A stretch of 64,000 nt of DNA, from the IMG/VR virus record IMGVR_UViG_3300045051_000365, positions 9,201 through 73,200 of that record; one strand, given 5' to 3'. Position 1 is the stretch's first letter. Every line of letters starts with the position of its first letter. Under the pieces are notes generated by a model, which saw nothing but the letters and a program-made list of their open reading frames with translations, did not search any database and had not been told where the DNA came from. Made by a program: the position numbers and the translations under genes. The stretch comes from a virus. This document shows, one piece after another, positions 50,501 to 58,323 of the stretch.

Positions 50501-53423
50501 TAACGTCGATGATCCCCTCCCGATTAAATCCAATATCGCCCGGATTAAAGCGAATATCGCCCGGACGAGATTATCGCTACGGGATCAGCAGAACGACCTC
50601 GCCGAATTCTACGCGACCACGGCGATCGAGATCGAGGCGACAAACAAATTAATCGGGCTAACATCCCGAACCGTATCGAGTCAGGTCAAGACTTTCGCCC
50701 GCGACCAAACACTGATCGAACTCGGAAAACTTTACAAACAACTCGCGTTCGAGCAATCGAAGCTTAATGGGACACTCAAGGGCGATCCCCTCGAAATTAA
50801 AGCGAATATCGCCCGAATCCAACTTCAGATCGAGCAAGCGAAACTATCCCTACGGGATCAGTCTTTCGATCTCGTGGATTACTACACGAACCTTCAAAAA
50901 CAGATAGTCGATCTGAGGGTATCGATCGAGGATTTCCAGATTCAATCGTCCCGCGAGGTGCGGGGATTCCGGGAAGCCTACGGGGATATGATCCGCGGGT
51001 TACAGCGGTCGCTTATCGAGTCCGAGAACGAATTTCGGGCGAGTCAGCGTAGCCTAGAGGGGCAACGTTTACGGGTATCGATGCTAGGGAGTAGAACCCC
51101 CGGCGTGAATTCCCTACAGAAACAGATAGACGAGCTAATCCTACAGTACCGGGATGAAATCGCGTCGATTCAGGGAGAGGCGGACGGATTGCGGACAAAA
51201 CCGCTCGATATTCAAGATCAATCGATCCAGTTCGCCCGACAGTTGCGGGATCTGCAAGAGCAGATCTACGACGCGGAACGGAATCGCCTCAAACAGCTAC
51301 GGGATTTCTGGACGCAACAGGTACAGATAGCTAAAGAGATCGAGCGTCAGCAGTTAACATTTAAGTCGCTTAACGAGATATGGGCGGGAATTCTGGAGAA
51401 TTCCAAGAAACTCCTCGCCCGATCGGGAGAGATCGCCGGCGGGAAATCCCCGAAAATAGCACCGGCGATCGGGGGCGCGGGTAACGCCGGGGCGATGAAG
51501 TCCGAGGCGACGCGGCAGGGAACCCCGAACAATCCCCGAACATTACAGCGCGGGGATTACATCGACTACGGCAACGGACAGATCTATAAATACGATCCCT
51601 CGCCTACCTACGATCCGAAAACCCGCACGTACCGGGAGACGGTCAACGCCGATAATATTCAACATCCCTCGGTAGTGCAACAGGTTCAGACCTCGGGATC
51701 GGCGGAATTCGATCGTCTTCTGATGCGCTCGGGACTTTATAAAAATTGGGAGGGATTCGCCCGCACCGTTCTCAACCCGAATCTACAGCCCCTTACACCC
51801 GAGGAACGGGCGAACTACAACGCGGGCAACGTTCCGAAATACTCGGGAGCGTTATCGGGTCAACCGATGGCGAATATCCCGCTCGCCCCACTGCCCTCGT
51901 TCGACTACGATCGGGCGCGGGAACTCGACACGCAGATCCGCATTAACCGGGAACGAACGCTAGAGAATCAGAAGGCCGAAAACTTACTCAAGCTCGAACG
52001 GGCGAGACGGGAAAACCTCGATCGGATCGCGGGATTGATCTTACAGACGCGAGAGAGTCGGATTCAAGCCGAGATCGGACTGAGGGACACGGGCGATAGT
52101 TCCTCCGATCTAATGCTTTCCTCGAAAGGGTATCTAACTTTCTCGGAAAGAGTCGAGCAGACCCGTCGCAACGGGAACCGCGAGATCGAGAAACAGCGCG
52201 AGGGTATCCAGTCACAGATCCGATCGCTCGGACAACTTACCGATAGTTTCGCTAAAAACTCGGAAGAAACGCGGGCGCGGCTACTGAAAGACACCGGCAA
52301 CGATGACGCTTTCAACGCCCTCGCCGCGGAGAACAAGCGGAATCTAGCTATCCTAGAAGGCTATAAAGCCCTCGACGATCAACTCGCCAAGTACGGGCAG
52401 ATCCGGGGCGACGCGGCCGCTACCCGAGCGATCGAGGAAGAACGGGTGACGGCTCTCGAACGCTACAACAATCTGATCGCCGACGGTATCGACGCGAGTA
52501 ACCGGATGAACCCCCTCGGGAACCTGTTCAATACCGGGGAATCCCGAAAACTCCGGATAGAAGCGGACTTCGCGCGCCGTCGCCTCGAACTCAAGCGGTA
52601 CGCGGAAGAGGGATCGCTTTCCCCGCAAAAACTCGGGGAGATGTCGGCCGCGCTCGATAAAATGCAACAGGCCGATCTCGCGTCCGCGTTTATCGAGGCT
52701 AATCCCGCGGTAGGGGCGTTCGGGGATCTGTTACGGGCCGCGTTCACCGGCGGGCGGGATACCTTGCAACAGATGCTAAACGTTCTGATCAACTTCCTAC
52801 AGAAGATCGGGGAGATGGCGGCCAATCAACTACTAATGCAGATCTTCGGGGGAGGGGGGAAAGCGTCACCCGTCCCGACCGGGGGCGGATCGGGATTCGG
52901 ATCGGGAATTCTCGGGGCTTTAGTCTCGGGAATCATAGGCGGGGCTACCGGGGGGTCGTCGTCTTTCGCGTCGCTCGCCCCGACATCTTTCACGGGCGCG
53001 TCCTCTTATTCCCTCGGAACGGGACTTAGCCTCTTTAGTTCCGGCGGGAAAATCGGAGGCGACGCGCCCGTAGAGAAAAATATGGTTTCCGCGTTCCGGC
53101 GCGAGCGGTCTATGAGCGGGGGAAGAAATCCCCGGCTGATCGTGGCTAACGAGGACGAGTACGTTATCCCCGCGAACGAGGCCAGATCCTATCTAGAATA
53201 TAAAAACGCGCCGGTTAAAAATTACGCCGGCGGGGGATTCGTCGGGGGAACCGGCTATAATGTCACGACCTCGAATAATTCTTCCTCCGATCGCTCTCTC
53301 GCGATCACGAATGTCAGTAACATCACGATAGAATCGCGGAACGATATGGGGTATTCTCTAACCCAACTCAAAGAGCGCGAGAACGCGCAGAACGAGCGGA
53401 CAAAAAGGAGATTTTTCGGATGA
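41514..53423 (+). CDS. Tape measure protein, 3969 aa, with inserted domains
   Basis: N-terminal LGTLEIGLGLNT; AINQMAS...EEF.QQL.E tape-measure motif; C-terminal F..GG...E.V.P...YAGGG.VG. Confidence 0.92.
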   Translation: MTLSLGTLEIGLGLNTADYDRKIARAENRISSLKRQVERVGMTARIKVEVDDRRLYELNDHLKLKRDDLDKTAAHYRRNPIRVRVEDDSLIRLNRELRELQRVSVDIRVPSRLVVEHRFSGYQDRVEKAIERLSVTVRNSSPRSRNPLEKLFNLTVGNAVGGFFTGAGAYAGVKAGKGFYKGFDTDFDAIGREFGIYTKDKVDRVKKGLDTGFRELLGFPDGLKDAKRLFQKNFDTFLDNITDPGFYRDLEDLFVAMAQAKFDPSILKAGAKLTESQAADKKIFEEARGKVVSRFEETVKEDFVRAAGAFMKLSAQPLRVRKRVQLRDSSEMARQQSGIFGREYDAVRDKIDASDNIVLMTGGVDPTKSKRGKPNVDTTYQIAAGIQALFPKAFVDTITPYHTTSIEDLEQGAYNRILRGSILPFIKEQKDALANLFGEKMVNDIIANLEQFHPVESILRQSVEKGYNDDSIRMATKALSASMMFPDKKITLAGASGGGFVVEEAIAILNQIAKRFPELRKAISNIKGFAIGTPMAGMTATSGGIKGEYAKFQAYIGTLDHIGKGFFGDTLYAGDRKTAKPNEIERLDNEIALPGGILNPKNNLQTVIGGWGYDHEVGKMLADLGKPVSEFLLLLSSFLNNRVMRPEEAKRLTGVFEKIKSLKVGQDANAYIDDLAAIIKEIGSVNKKIGGILDTKELGTLLRKTRQLARATGSEGAKQFEGQIAREIEGVLRSGLGIDNVAGLGERGGGQTSLVVRNISDLIRDAFNELARRQGKPSPYPESDFQPLDPFLESIATIEDALRKSAEELNLPAGDFGSLIQLWKAGKATEPPVRGYADEFRSVYRDFLKELGKLSKLGKNYFQKSEDGRTKVDFYKLLWDSAKIAAAYGQPPYAEMSGKYREQTFNTPEEKQMEKALLAFFKLYEKDAEIFKKQYLEIALEAKKLYAAGDPAGLQKLTELLSTSKFSRIAELGKNIKTAKSGRIGKEKALGEGTNYKRLAGFLDKLLESLVRYEVSNRQDTSGFGELAAAGYGINAILDFVNLAAERGKEFARVPDLLKSSQIQSALEDPEIAKKFEIKAENMKSALQEVYANLETPLERKTAEIVEAYVSGISKLIDSIDAEIVARKVSTPVTIDGRLREMAVNRLQTPDRNNEIVNIAGNEDTASLLLQTAKREIFNALNLSDKSLWKGANATIQIFDRLVIAARKVESAFLGRIPAAMAAKNIAAPVVAPMALGAMTLAGLPDDVAHGIYQSLYNVFHELYKTGSDKYVQELAAHIKDALDIAVPADANPAIRGIIQGVNMATEQIANAVIAPIQSVANSIVEGESAGTAYATATTVTGFAVETLFGTARKAIAPKALAPEKLVELEAKGMALGASLAKLTDSLSRITNNLPALPPGVDPFKREYYTRDRLREIARNQGLNVLPGGSKKTPSVDDYWKAIISKVPPETLIKLLLATNEKGRTKAGREALAGMSYAASPIDKGFVTTIGQSVATVRKMAKGSLAEAEPDPRKLAEYYRQLQKIKGEIAKVRANPELDTSGLNRNLNALVINIENLQGDIQRSIGNLTKGANNELDSARLNTREIGENAIDDLDDALGNRSPSWKGKRSGKNLIKGLEIGTAEEARVFIGQIDALFRDINKRLELNQKQGGKFLIYARREHLDSIMNTGYQALHPNSNKDRSLRKRFENAIRPDYSPEGVSPIYGFWHPDAAGKFIGTGGGINRPRALMAFGTHNYGGREPVALEGLFNPDRMMLHAGDSLGMASGLASSAPMSRDMVERITSRFGRLIEADIPKMFEKFRIATGDEEFSSDTYGMEGILWDKFLLTAVGALHTYDGQIGGVRPFEDGTRELAKKKGIELQDLEWVQDPNASDWDKLLGRDGMFQERTQPGAIKQQMSRFQELYKLWQDPSLPAGKRKDIFIELSVALLKQQGELRTIATAIGADMSTLMFTAGKVGASNFQKGLQIGVATNEAEKIAYQNALDIVDETNKGLGNASPSKKAMKAMRFFYEGLALGARQIRFGLGLETRFDKEVSDFTFFVGMKSKEARKAVLQALKEMGLDRGERLQVIDEVLGSMDSGTFTSPRAFQAMKRATVIARPKTTREEILGDWNKKRDNLFNTLDSIEKAGVSSGFTRGIVSGIRVAVAQLDGFIGSLSTAGKLLRTIDKELDAATGGMFNLRKAALAVVGGFALLKGAEFLLQPLYFGIQNLPFTVQQAVTNSLQSLVELQRIKVNLDVAGVDNADEAIGQLRDRANELGISFKESVKQYAQFRIVTTDTPLEAQGDSIYRGFQSALAVRNTNPQQQTETFRAINQMASRSVLSVEEFTQQLTESGGLYDALIVAARAMGLTTAEFYRQASAGQLLSQDVIPRLSAEYERMSAGGLGESGKTLQAEINRYQNNLEQLSMGVGEKIGAVAYPALQLLNVALGGVNDNLDALLIVARAALNVTIGLVTKSVLQFIAATRLGQLVLSSYNAALFTTGVRAGETATRMQMLSATAKATGVVFNSAISVMAIPLAVTAGLQLFFAIWNAGSEDLRNNLQTIKESKKVLEDLGKIKPESNRQNFLEKVFTPEQTKKDLSEGNWWDKTVALFTWSPFREAGKVGFDSYGTSKDIRNINDTLKEGETVLKGYRDQLSDVTGIDKFIDSLQGLRNKLAQVRAERAIAAGKGDSAGVARANTVEQELMKQEQEAIDKRFGSLGSRIAADLQAYESSLAKLEESYQKGNVSVDEYTDKSTKLKAVIAQLKAEQQNYLNILKDQEKQYKKLQFGFKRTLNAQENRDFINARKSLNRQIGNEKGFAAGQLNEYEFNVRVREESLQTAKEKIASLQTTATETGAKLNTRITEAADKTLSTYFGKDLERLGVGSFSEAIAKNLLSPKMIEDVMDEFSGDLESNAALKNILEMAKRYVSTRQDILSSEKEIQAINREIITERKRRQINEKQAGNEVLIAGKQEKLYSSTPTGKLRSFQSSETRLSLEELYKQLAIEQERLAANVDDPLPIKSNIARIKANIARTRLSLRDQQNDLAEFYATTAIEIEATNKLIGLTSRTVSSQVKTFARDQTLIELGKLYKQLAFEQSKLNGTLKGDPLEIKANIARIQLQIEQAKLSLRDQSFDLVDYYTNLQKQIVDLRVSIEDFQIQSSREVRGFREAYGDMIRGLQRSLIESENEFRASQRSLEGQRLRVSMLGSRTPGVNSLQKQIDELILQYRDEIASIQGEADGLRTKPLDIQDQSIQFARQLRDLQEQIYDAERNRLKQLRDFWTQQVQIAKEIERQQLTFKSLNEIWAGILENSKKLLARSGEIAGGKSPKIAPAIGGAGNAGAMKSEATRQGTPNNPRTLQRGDYIDYGNGQIYKYDPSPTYDPKTRTYRETVNADNIQHPSVVQQVQTSGSAEFDRLLMRSGLYKNWEGFARTVLNPNLQPLTPEERANYNAGNVPKYSGALSGQPMANIPLAPLPSFDYDRARELDTQIRINRERTLENQKAENLLKLERARRENLDRIAGLILQTRESRIQAEIGLRDTGDSSSDLMLSSKGYLTFSERVEQTRRNGNREIEKQREGIQSQIRSLGQLTDSFAKNSEETRARLLKDTGNDDAFNALAAENKRNLAILEGYKALDDQLAKYGQIRGDAAATRAIEEERVTALERYNNLIADGIDASNRMNPLGNLFNTGESRKLRIEADFARRRLELKRYAEEGSLSPQKLGEMSAALDKMQQADLASAFIEANPAVGAFGDLLRAAFTGGRDTLQQMLNVLINFLQKIGEMAANQLLMQIFGGGGKASPVPTGGGSGFGSGILGALVSGIIGGATGGSSSFASLAPTSFTGASSYSLGTGLSLFSSGGKIGGDAPVEKNMVSAFRRERSMSGGRNPRLIVANEDEYVIPANEARSYLEYKNAPVKNYAGGGFVGGTGYNVTTSNNSSSDRSLAITNVSNITIESRNDMGYSLTQLKERENAQNERTKRRFFG

Positions 53424-53626
53424 GCGAGCTATCGGAGAAAAAGCGGGTTCTAGCGATCGTCGGGGTATTTCTCGGGGGGGCGGCCGCGCTGACTTTTCTC
53501 GATTCGTGCCGGGGGGATCGGGTTCTATACGGAAATCACTGCATTGTCTACCGAAACTCGGTAGCGATGGATTCTACACGGAAGAATGATAATGGTGAAC
53601 ACGCCTGTTATTGCGCCAATCGGTGA
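53420..53626 (+). CDS. Small membrane/lipoprotein-like ORF
   Basis: ATGA overlap; KKR followed by a hydrophobic stretch then Cys. Confidence 0.4.
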   Translation: MSELSEKKRVLAIVGVFLGGAAALTFLDSCRGDRVLYGNHCIVYRNSVAMDSTRKNDNGEHACYCANR

Positions 53627-54020
53627 TCGGATCGTCATCGAGGCGATCGGGTGGATCGGGACTCCGTGGTATAGCAATCAGTCCAAGAAAGGGATCGGGT
53701 GCGATTGCGTCGGGTTCCTCGCCGGGGTCGGCAGGAACGTCGGCTTTCTGCCCGAGGATTTCGCGCTCGAAAATTACGAGCGGATTCCCCGAAGCGATTT
53801 TCTCGTGAAGTCCCTCGATCGTTACCTGTACCGGATCGATAGTTTCCCCCCGATCGCCGGGGACATACTCGCGTTCCGGCGGGCGGGAGTGATCACCCAC
53901 GTCGCGATCCACGCGGGGGAAGGGGCGATGATCCACGCGGACATGGATTCGGGCGTGATCCGCTCCTACCTCGCGGAATATATCAAAACCCTCGCCTATA
54001 TCTATCGGGTACAATACTAA
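53586..54020 (+). CDS. NlpC/P60 tail peptidase (TIGR02219-like)
   Basis: WIGTPW...GCDCVG...GDIL.F...HVAI..MIHA. Confidence 0.9.
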   Translation: MIMVNTPVIAPIGDRIVIEAIGWIGTPWYSNQSKKGIGCDCVGFLAGVGRNVGFLPEDFALENYERIPRSDFLVKSLDRYLYRIDSFPPIAGDILAFRRAGVITHVAIHAGEGAMIHADMDSGVIRSYLAEYIKTLAYIYRVQY

Positions 54021-54048
54021 AAGAAACTTTAGTATTCCGCCTTAAAAC

Positions 54049-56946
54049 ATGGCCGCCTTTTTAATTCCCGTGGCGATCGGGATCGCAACAAGCGTACTAA
54101 CCGCGGTACTCGCCCCGTCGCCCCCGCGTCAGCGACAGGGCAAAATCGAGGATACGGGTATCCCCGAGGCGGAATACGGCTTTTCCCTCTCTCTCCCGTT
54201 CGGACGGGTAGAGAAAGAAGGGTTAAAAATGATGTGGGGCTTGAAGCTCAAGGAAAAGCGAAAAAAGCGCGGCGGGAAAGGCGGGCAAAAAACCGAAACT
54301 TTTACTTATTTCCTCACGGCCGCTTACCCGATCGCCCGAGAGATCGAGTACGTGCGCCGCGTCTGGATGAACGGGATTCTCGTCTATACCCACGGCTCGA
54401 ACGACAAGAAAAGTCAGAAATTCCTAGAGTGTTGCACGATCTACACCGGAAACCAAACCTCGCCATCGTCGGTAATTCAAGCGAACGAAACGAACCCCGT
54501 ACCCGCGTTCACGGGATGGAGTTATCTAGTTTTTAACAACTACCCGCTCGCCGAATTCAACGGCAACGGATTCCCGAAAATCGACGTGGAAGTAGTGGGG
54601 GAAGGCGGGGAGAATCCGAAGATTAGGGATATTCTAAGAAAAGTCTGCAAGATCGCCGGGATAGCGGAAAACAAGATCGACGTTAGCGGGGTTCCCGATA
54701 ATATGCAGATCGAGGGATTCGATCTACTATTCGAGGGAACGTCTTTCGCCGATCAGATCGGGGAATTATTACGGGCGTTTTTCCTGATAACCCGAGAGAC
54801 GAAAGATAAGATCATTTTTAAGCAACAGCGAACATCGAGCGGGGTAGAGTCGATCCCGAAACTATCCCTCGGGGCTAAAAAATTCGGCGATCGCCCGATC
54901 GATCTTTACGAGATAAAACAAACGCATTTTCGAGAGATACCTAGCGCGGTCACGGTGAGCGGATCGAACGTTCTCAAGGATTACGATAACATCTCGGTCA
55001 CGGCAAAAGATCCATCGGCGAGGCACGAGAACGAGCTAACGATTCAAACTAGGTTGATCTCTACCGATAATCTTTTCACTACTCTCGCCTCGCGCGTTCT
55101 TTTTCTCGGCAGAACGCAATCGAAAACGCTCTCGAAAATGTTCCTACTGCCCGCGTGGGACGATCTCGCGGTCGGGGATCTAATCTCGTCCGACAGCGAT
55201 CGGCTTTTCCATCGAGAAGTTTTGCAGATCACGAAAAAAACCCGAGGGGCGGGATACCTGATCGAACTAGAAGCTACTCGGTTTCAGGGGTTTTCGAGCG
55301 AGTGCAAGCATATCGCCGTTCTCGATCTGCACTCGTTCAATACAGACGCGCCCCCTCCCGCCATCGAACCGGAAACATTGTATAGCGTTACCGCTACAAC
55401 GCGCATCACTAGCTATTTCCCGAACGGACAGGAATACTACAGTATTACTAACACGACAACCACACCGCCGATCTCCGGCCCGATAGCTTTTCCCCGATTC
55501 TTCCGATCGTGGGATAGTAACGCGCCCTCGAATGTTTTTACCGGTTCCGGCGCGAGCTACCTTCTCCCTTTCGGAGACGGGCAATGGATCGGGGTCGGAG
55601 CGGGAGTATCCTCGCCCCCCTCGGAAGATTGGCGCGGTCGGGAAGTGCAACAGTTCAGAATTGTCCGAACTCAAGACGGGCAAGAGATCGATACAAGTTA
55701 CTATACAAATCGCACTCGCATCGAAAGGGGGACGGTATTTAGTCCGATTATTTCCTACCGCGCGCCCTTAAGATTCGAGACAACCCTCCCCCTCGGGCAG
55801 GTATCCCCGACCCCGACAACCGAACTCAGGATCTACGACGCGGACGATAATCTAATATTCACGCAAGATACTCAATACGGACTAGCCGATAATTCTACTT
55901 GGGGAGTTGTTACCGACTGCTCGGGGATAGACGAGATCACGAGCGATTTCCTGCCCGATATTACGGTTAATAACCCGTTCGAGTCCGAGGAAAACCCCGC
56001 GGGCTACGGTTCCGCTACGGCGATCGTTATTGAGTGTCCCCCGATCGAATCCTCGGACGCGGATCTCGGGATCTACGTGGCGATCGAGGGAGACGCGGAC
56101 TACCGCGCCGGCGCGCTATTCTATTCCGAGGATGGCGGGGAAAGTTACGATCTCGCTACCGCCATCACGGGCGAGAGCGTAACGGGAACGGTATTAAGCT
56201 TTAGCGCGAATTTCAATAATTCCTCGCCCGCGTTTATCGATGACTTCAATTGGATTCGGGTACGGATGGACTCGGGCGAGATAGAGCCGGTAACGCTCGA
56301 AAAATTCCTATCGGGAAAACAACTCGGCTGGTTTTCCACGGGCGAAATTCTCGCTTTTAAAAACGCGGAAATCGTCTCGAACAGTCCGCTCACCTTCGAT
56401 ATTTCCTACACGATCCGCGGGCTAAAGGGAACCGAGGCTTTTATCGATAATCACGCGATCGGTGAAAGGTTCGTACTCCTCACCGATTACCTCGTTCGCT
56501 TACCCGTCGATACGTTCGACGTGAACCGTGAATTACACCTTAAAGTCGTGCCGGACGGACTCGCGGAAACGGAAGTCGATACCGAGACGATCCACGCCGT
56601 CAAATTGGAGAGCGTCAAACCGTTCCCGGCGGTCGTGACCTCGGAACGGAGCGGGGGAGATGTGATTATCTCGTGGTATCGTAGAACGCGCTTAAACGGG
56701 CGTTGGACGGATTATATCGATATTCCCTACGCCGCGGGAGAACTAGATACTTACACGGTCAGAATTTACGATGGCGACGCGGTAAAACGCGAGTTCGCGA
56801 CCGGGGCGGGAGAGCGATCGGTCACGTATACCGCGACGCAACAAGCGGCCGATTGGGGTTCTCCTCGTCCGTCGTATGTTGTGCGGGTTTTTCAGAATTC
56901 GAGTTACCCCGTAACCTTTAAAGAGGCGCTAGGGGTTAGTATTTAA
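54049..56946 (+). CDS. Central tail/host-specificity protein (GTA gp15/Phage-tail_3-like)
   Basis: YG..L...FG, RRVWMNG, PAF.G..Y.VF...PL..F, RGL.GTE...H..GERFVLL, SWYRRTR. Confidence 0.85.
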   Translation: MAAFLIPVAIGIATSVLTAVLAPSPPRQRQGKIEDTGIPEAEYGFSLSLPFGRVEKEGLKMMWGLKLKEKRKKRGGKGGQKTETFTYFLTAAYPIAREIEYVRRVWMNGILVYTHGSNDKKSQKFLECCTIYTGNQTSPSSVIQANETNPVPAFTGWSYLVFNNYPLAEFNGNGFPKIDVEVVGEGGENPKIRDILRKVCKIAGIAENKIDVSGVPDNMQIEGFDLLFEGTSFADQIGELLRAFFLITRETKDKIIFKQQRTSSGVESIPKLSLGAKKFGDRPIDLYEIKQTHFREIPSAVTVSGSNVLKDYDNISVTAKDPSARHENELTIQTRLISTDNLFTTLASRVLFLGRTQSKTLSKMFLLPAWDDLAVGDLISSDSDRLFHREVLQITKKTRGAGYLIELEATRFQGFSSECKHIAVLDLHSFNTDAPPPAIEPETLYSVTATTRITSYFPNGQEYYSITNTTTTPPISGPIAFPRFFRSWDSNAPSNVFTGSGASYLLPFGDGQWIGVGAGVSSPPSEDWRGREVQQFRIVRTQDGQEIDTSYYTNRTRIERGTVFSPIISYRAPLRFETTLPLGQVSPTPTTELRIYDADDNLIFTQDTQYGLADNSTWGVVTDCSGIDEITSDFLPDITVNNPFESEENPAGYGSATAIVIECPPIESSDADLGIYVAIEGDADYRAGALFYSEDGGESYDLATAITGESVTGTVLSFSANFNNSSPAFIDDFNWIRVRMDSGEIEPVTLEKFLSGKQLGWFSTGEILAFKNAEIVSNSPLTFDISYTIRGLKGTEAFIDNHAIGERFVLLTDYLVRLPVDTFDVNRELHLKVVPDGLAETEVDTETIHAVKLESVKPFPAVVTSERSGGDVIISWYRRTRLNGRWTDYIDIPYAAGELDTYTVRIYDGDAVKREFATGAGERSVTYTATQQAADWGSPRPSYVVRVFQNSSYPVTFKEALGVSI

Positions 56947-57143
56947 GCGGACAAAAGATCTGTTCCATTATAAGCGTACTGGATCGCTCTACTAGACTTT
57001 TCTAAGTCTCGATTCCATTTATCGGACAGTTCTTTATCCGACAAGGATTCATCCCCTTTTGCCTTGCACCATTCCAGTACTAACTCGGGGCGATAGCCGT
57101 GTTTTTTACCGAGTTGTTCGGCGATCGATCTTTCTCTACTCAT
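56943..57143 (-). CDS. Hypothetical protein
   Basis: GAGGAG RBS. Confidence 0.55.
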   Translation of the reverse strand: MSRERSIAEQLGKKHGYRPELVLEWCKAKGDESLSDKELSDKWNRDLEKSSRAIQYAYNGTDLLSA

Positions 57144-57146
57144 AGC

Positions 57147-57347
57147 TTAGATCTCCTCTAATACAGTCTGGTGAACAGAGATAAAGTATTTTTTCCCCGA
57201 CTCTTTCTCCTGTACCTCGATCTCGGTATCCGTGGGGACTCCATCCCACAAAAAGATAGTTCCACGGGGAATTTCTCCTTTAATGCTTGCGACTAGCGCG
57301 CGACCGGGTAACACATCGAGACTACGGGACGCTTTTAATTCAATCAT
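57147..57347 (-). CDS. Hypothetical protein
   Basis: Downstream of minus-strand promoter. Confidence 0.55.
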   Translation of the reverse strand: MIELKASRSLDVLPGRALVASIKGEIPRGTIFLWDGVPTDTEIEVQEKESGKKYFISVHQTVLEEI

Positions 57348-57488
57348 GACTCAAAACTTTCCCCTACTCGGATTCGGGGTATCCCTAATAGGGATTTATT
57401 CGGGGCGCGGGGAATGAAATAGCTTTCGACATTAAGCCCAGACTTATTCATTTCAATCCCTAATAGAGATTCATTCGCTCGTACCCCT

Positions 57489-57517
57489 ATCTTATCGATC
57501 CCGATCGGAGTTGTCAA
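57489..57517 (-). promoter_or_regulatory. sigma70-type promoter
   Basis: Reverse strand TTGACA-17-TAAGAT. Confidence 0.65.
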
Positions 57518-57550
57518 GTAAAAAGTTTCTGTTATCTTTTCCTCTCCCGG

Positions 57551-57791
57551 TGTTAGAGAGTCCATAACACCCCGAAACGTCTACAGGGAGGGGGTTCTAG
57601 GTTTTTGTTATGAACGTTCGCCCGATCCTAGACAAAAAAGAGATCGAGATCGGGGATAAGCGAGGTCGTCCGCTAGGATGAAGGATTTCCGTAGAGAAAA
57701 AACGAGAGTCGAGGATCGGGGAAACAACAATAACAAAAAGTTAGATCCTATATATATCAATACTTTCCCTATGTTATTAACTCCCCTAACA
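57551..57791. repeat. Inverted pair of the TGTTA/ATAACA N36 element
   Basis: 57551-57618 forward, 57723-57791 reverse. Confidence 0.85.
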
Positions 57792-57923
57792 TCGGATAAC
57801 ACTCCTAACCCTTCCCCCTACCTTGACACTCTTCCCCCGATCCGGCTAAACTCGATCCAGATCCCCCGCGGTTTCCCGCGTCCTCTCGCAATTGGATAAG
57901 GGGATCTTTATTTTGGGGATTTA

Positions 57924-57953
57924 CTTGACAATTCAAGAAAGGATTGATAGGAT
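57924..57953 (+). promoter_or_regulatory. Promoter/operator CTTGACAATTCAAG
   Basis: TTGACA-17-(TGn)TAGGAT. Confidence 0.75.
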
Positions 57954-57991
57954 TTAAGTAAGTTACACTTTTGTTAGTAGCGAGAGGACAA

Positions 57992-58306
57992 ATGATCGTA
58001 GAGAACGTTTCAGTTTCCTATACTCAAAAATTTAACCTAGGGAACTTTGAATCTTTAGAGTTAGGCGTATTTATTCACGCCAAAACCGAGGGGGAAGATC
58101 ACGAGGCTTGCGCCGAGCTTCTTATCGAACAGGCGCGGGAGCGAGTGCTGACAGAGGCAAAGCGAGTGACCGCCGCCCACGATATTACTTGCCCGTCCGT
58201 GAAAAAGTATTTTTACGGCAAGCCTATTGACGAATTCCCCTCGGTTGTTAGCGGCGAGGCAATGGGTTTCAAGATCGGGGAAGTTTCCGACGATATTCCG
58301 TTTTAG
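57992..58306 (+). CDS. Hypothetical protein with SSB-like acidic tail
   Basis: VSVSY..KFNLGNFES motif; ends DDIPF. Confidence 0.65.
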   Translation: MIVENVSVSYTQKFNLGNFESLELGVFIHAKTEGEDHEACAELLIEQARERVLTEAKRVTAAHDITCPSVKKYFYGKPIDEFPSVVSGEAMGFKIGEVSDDIPF

Positions 58307-58323
58307 TTTTATTCAGAAAAACA

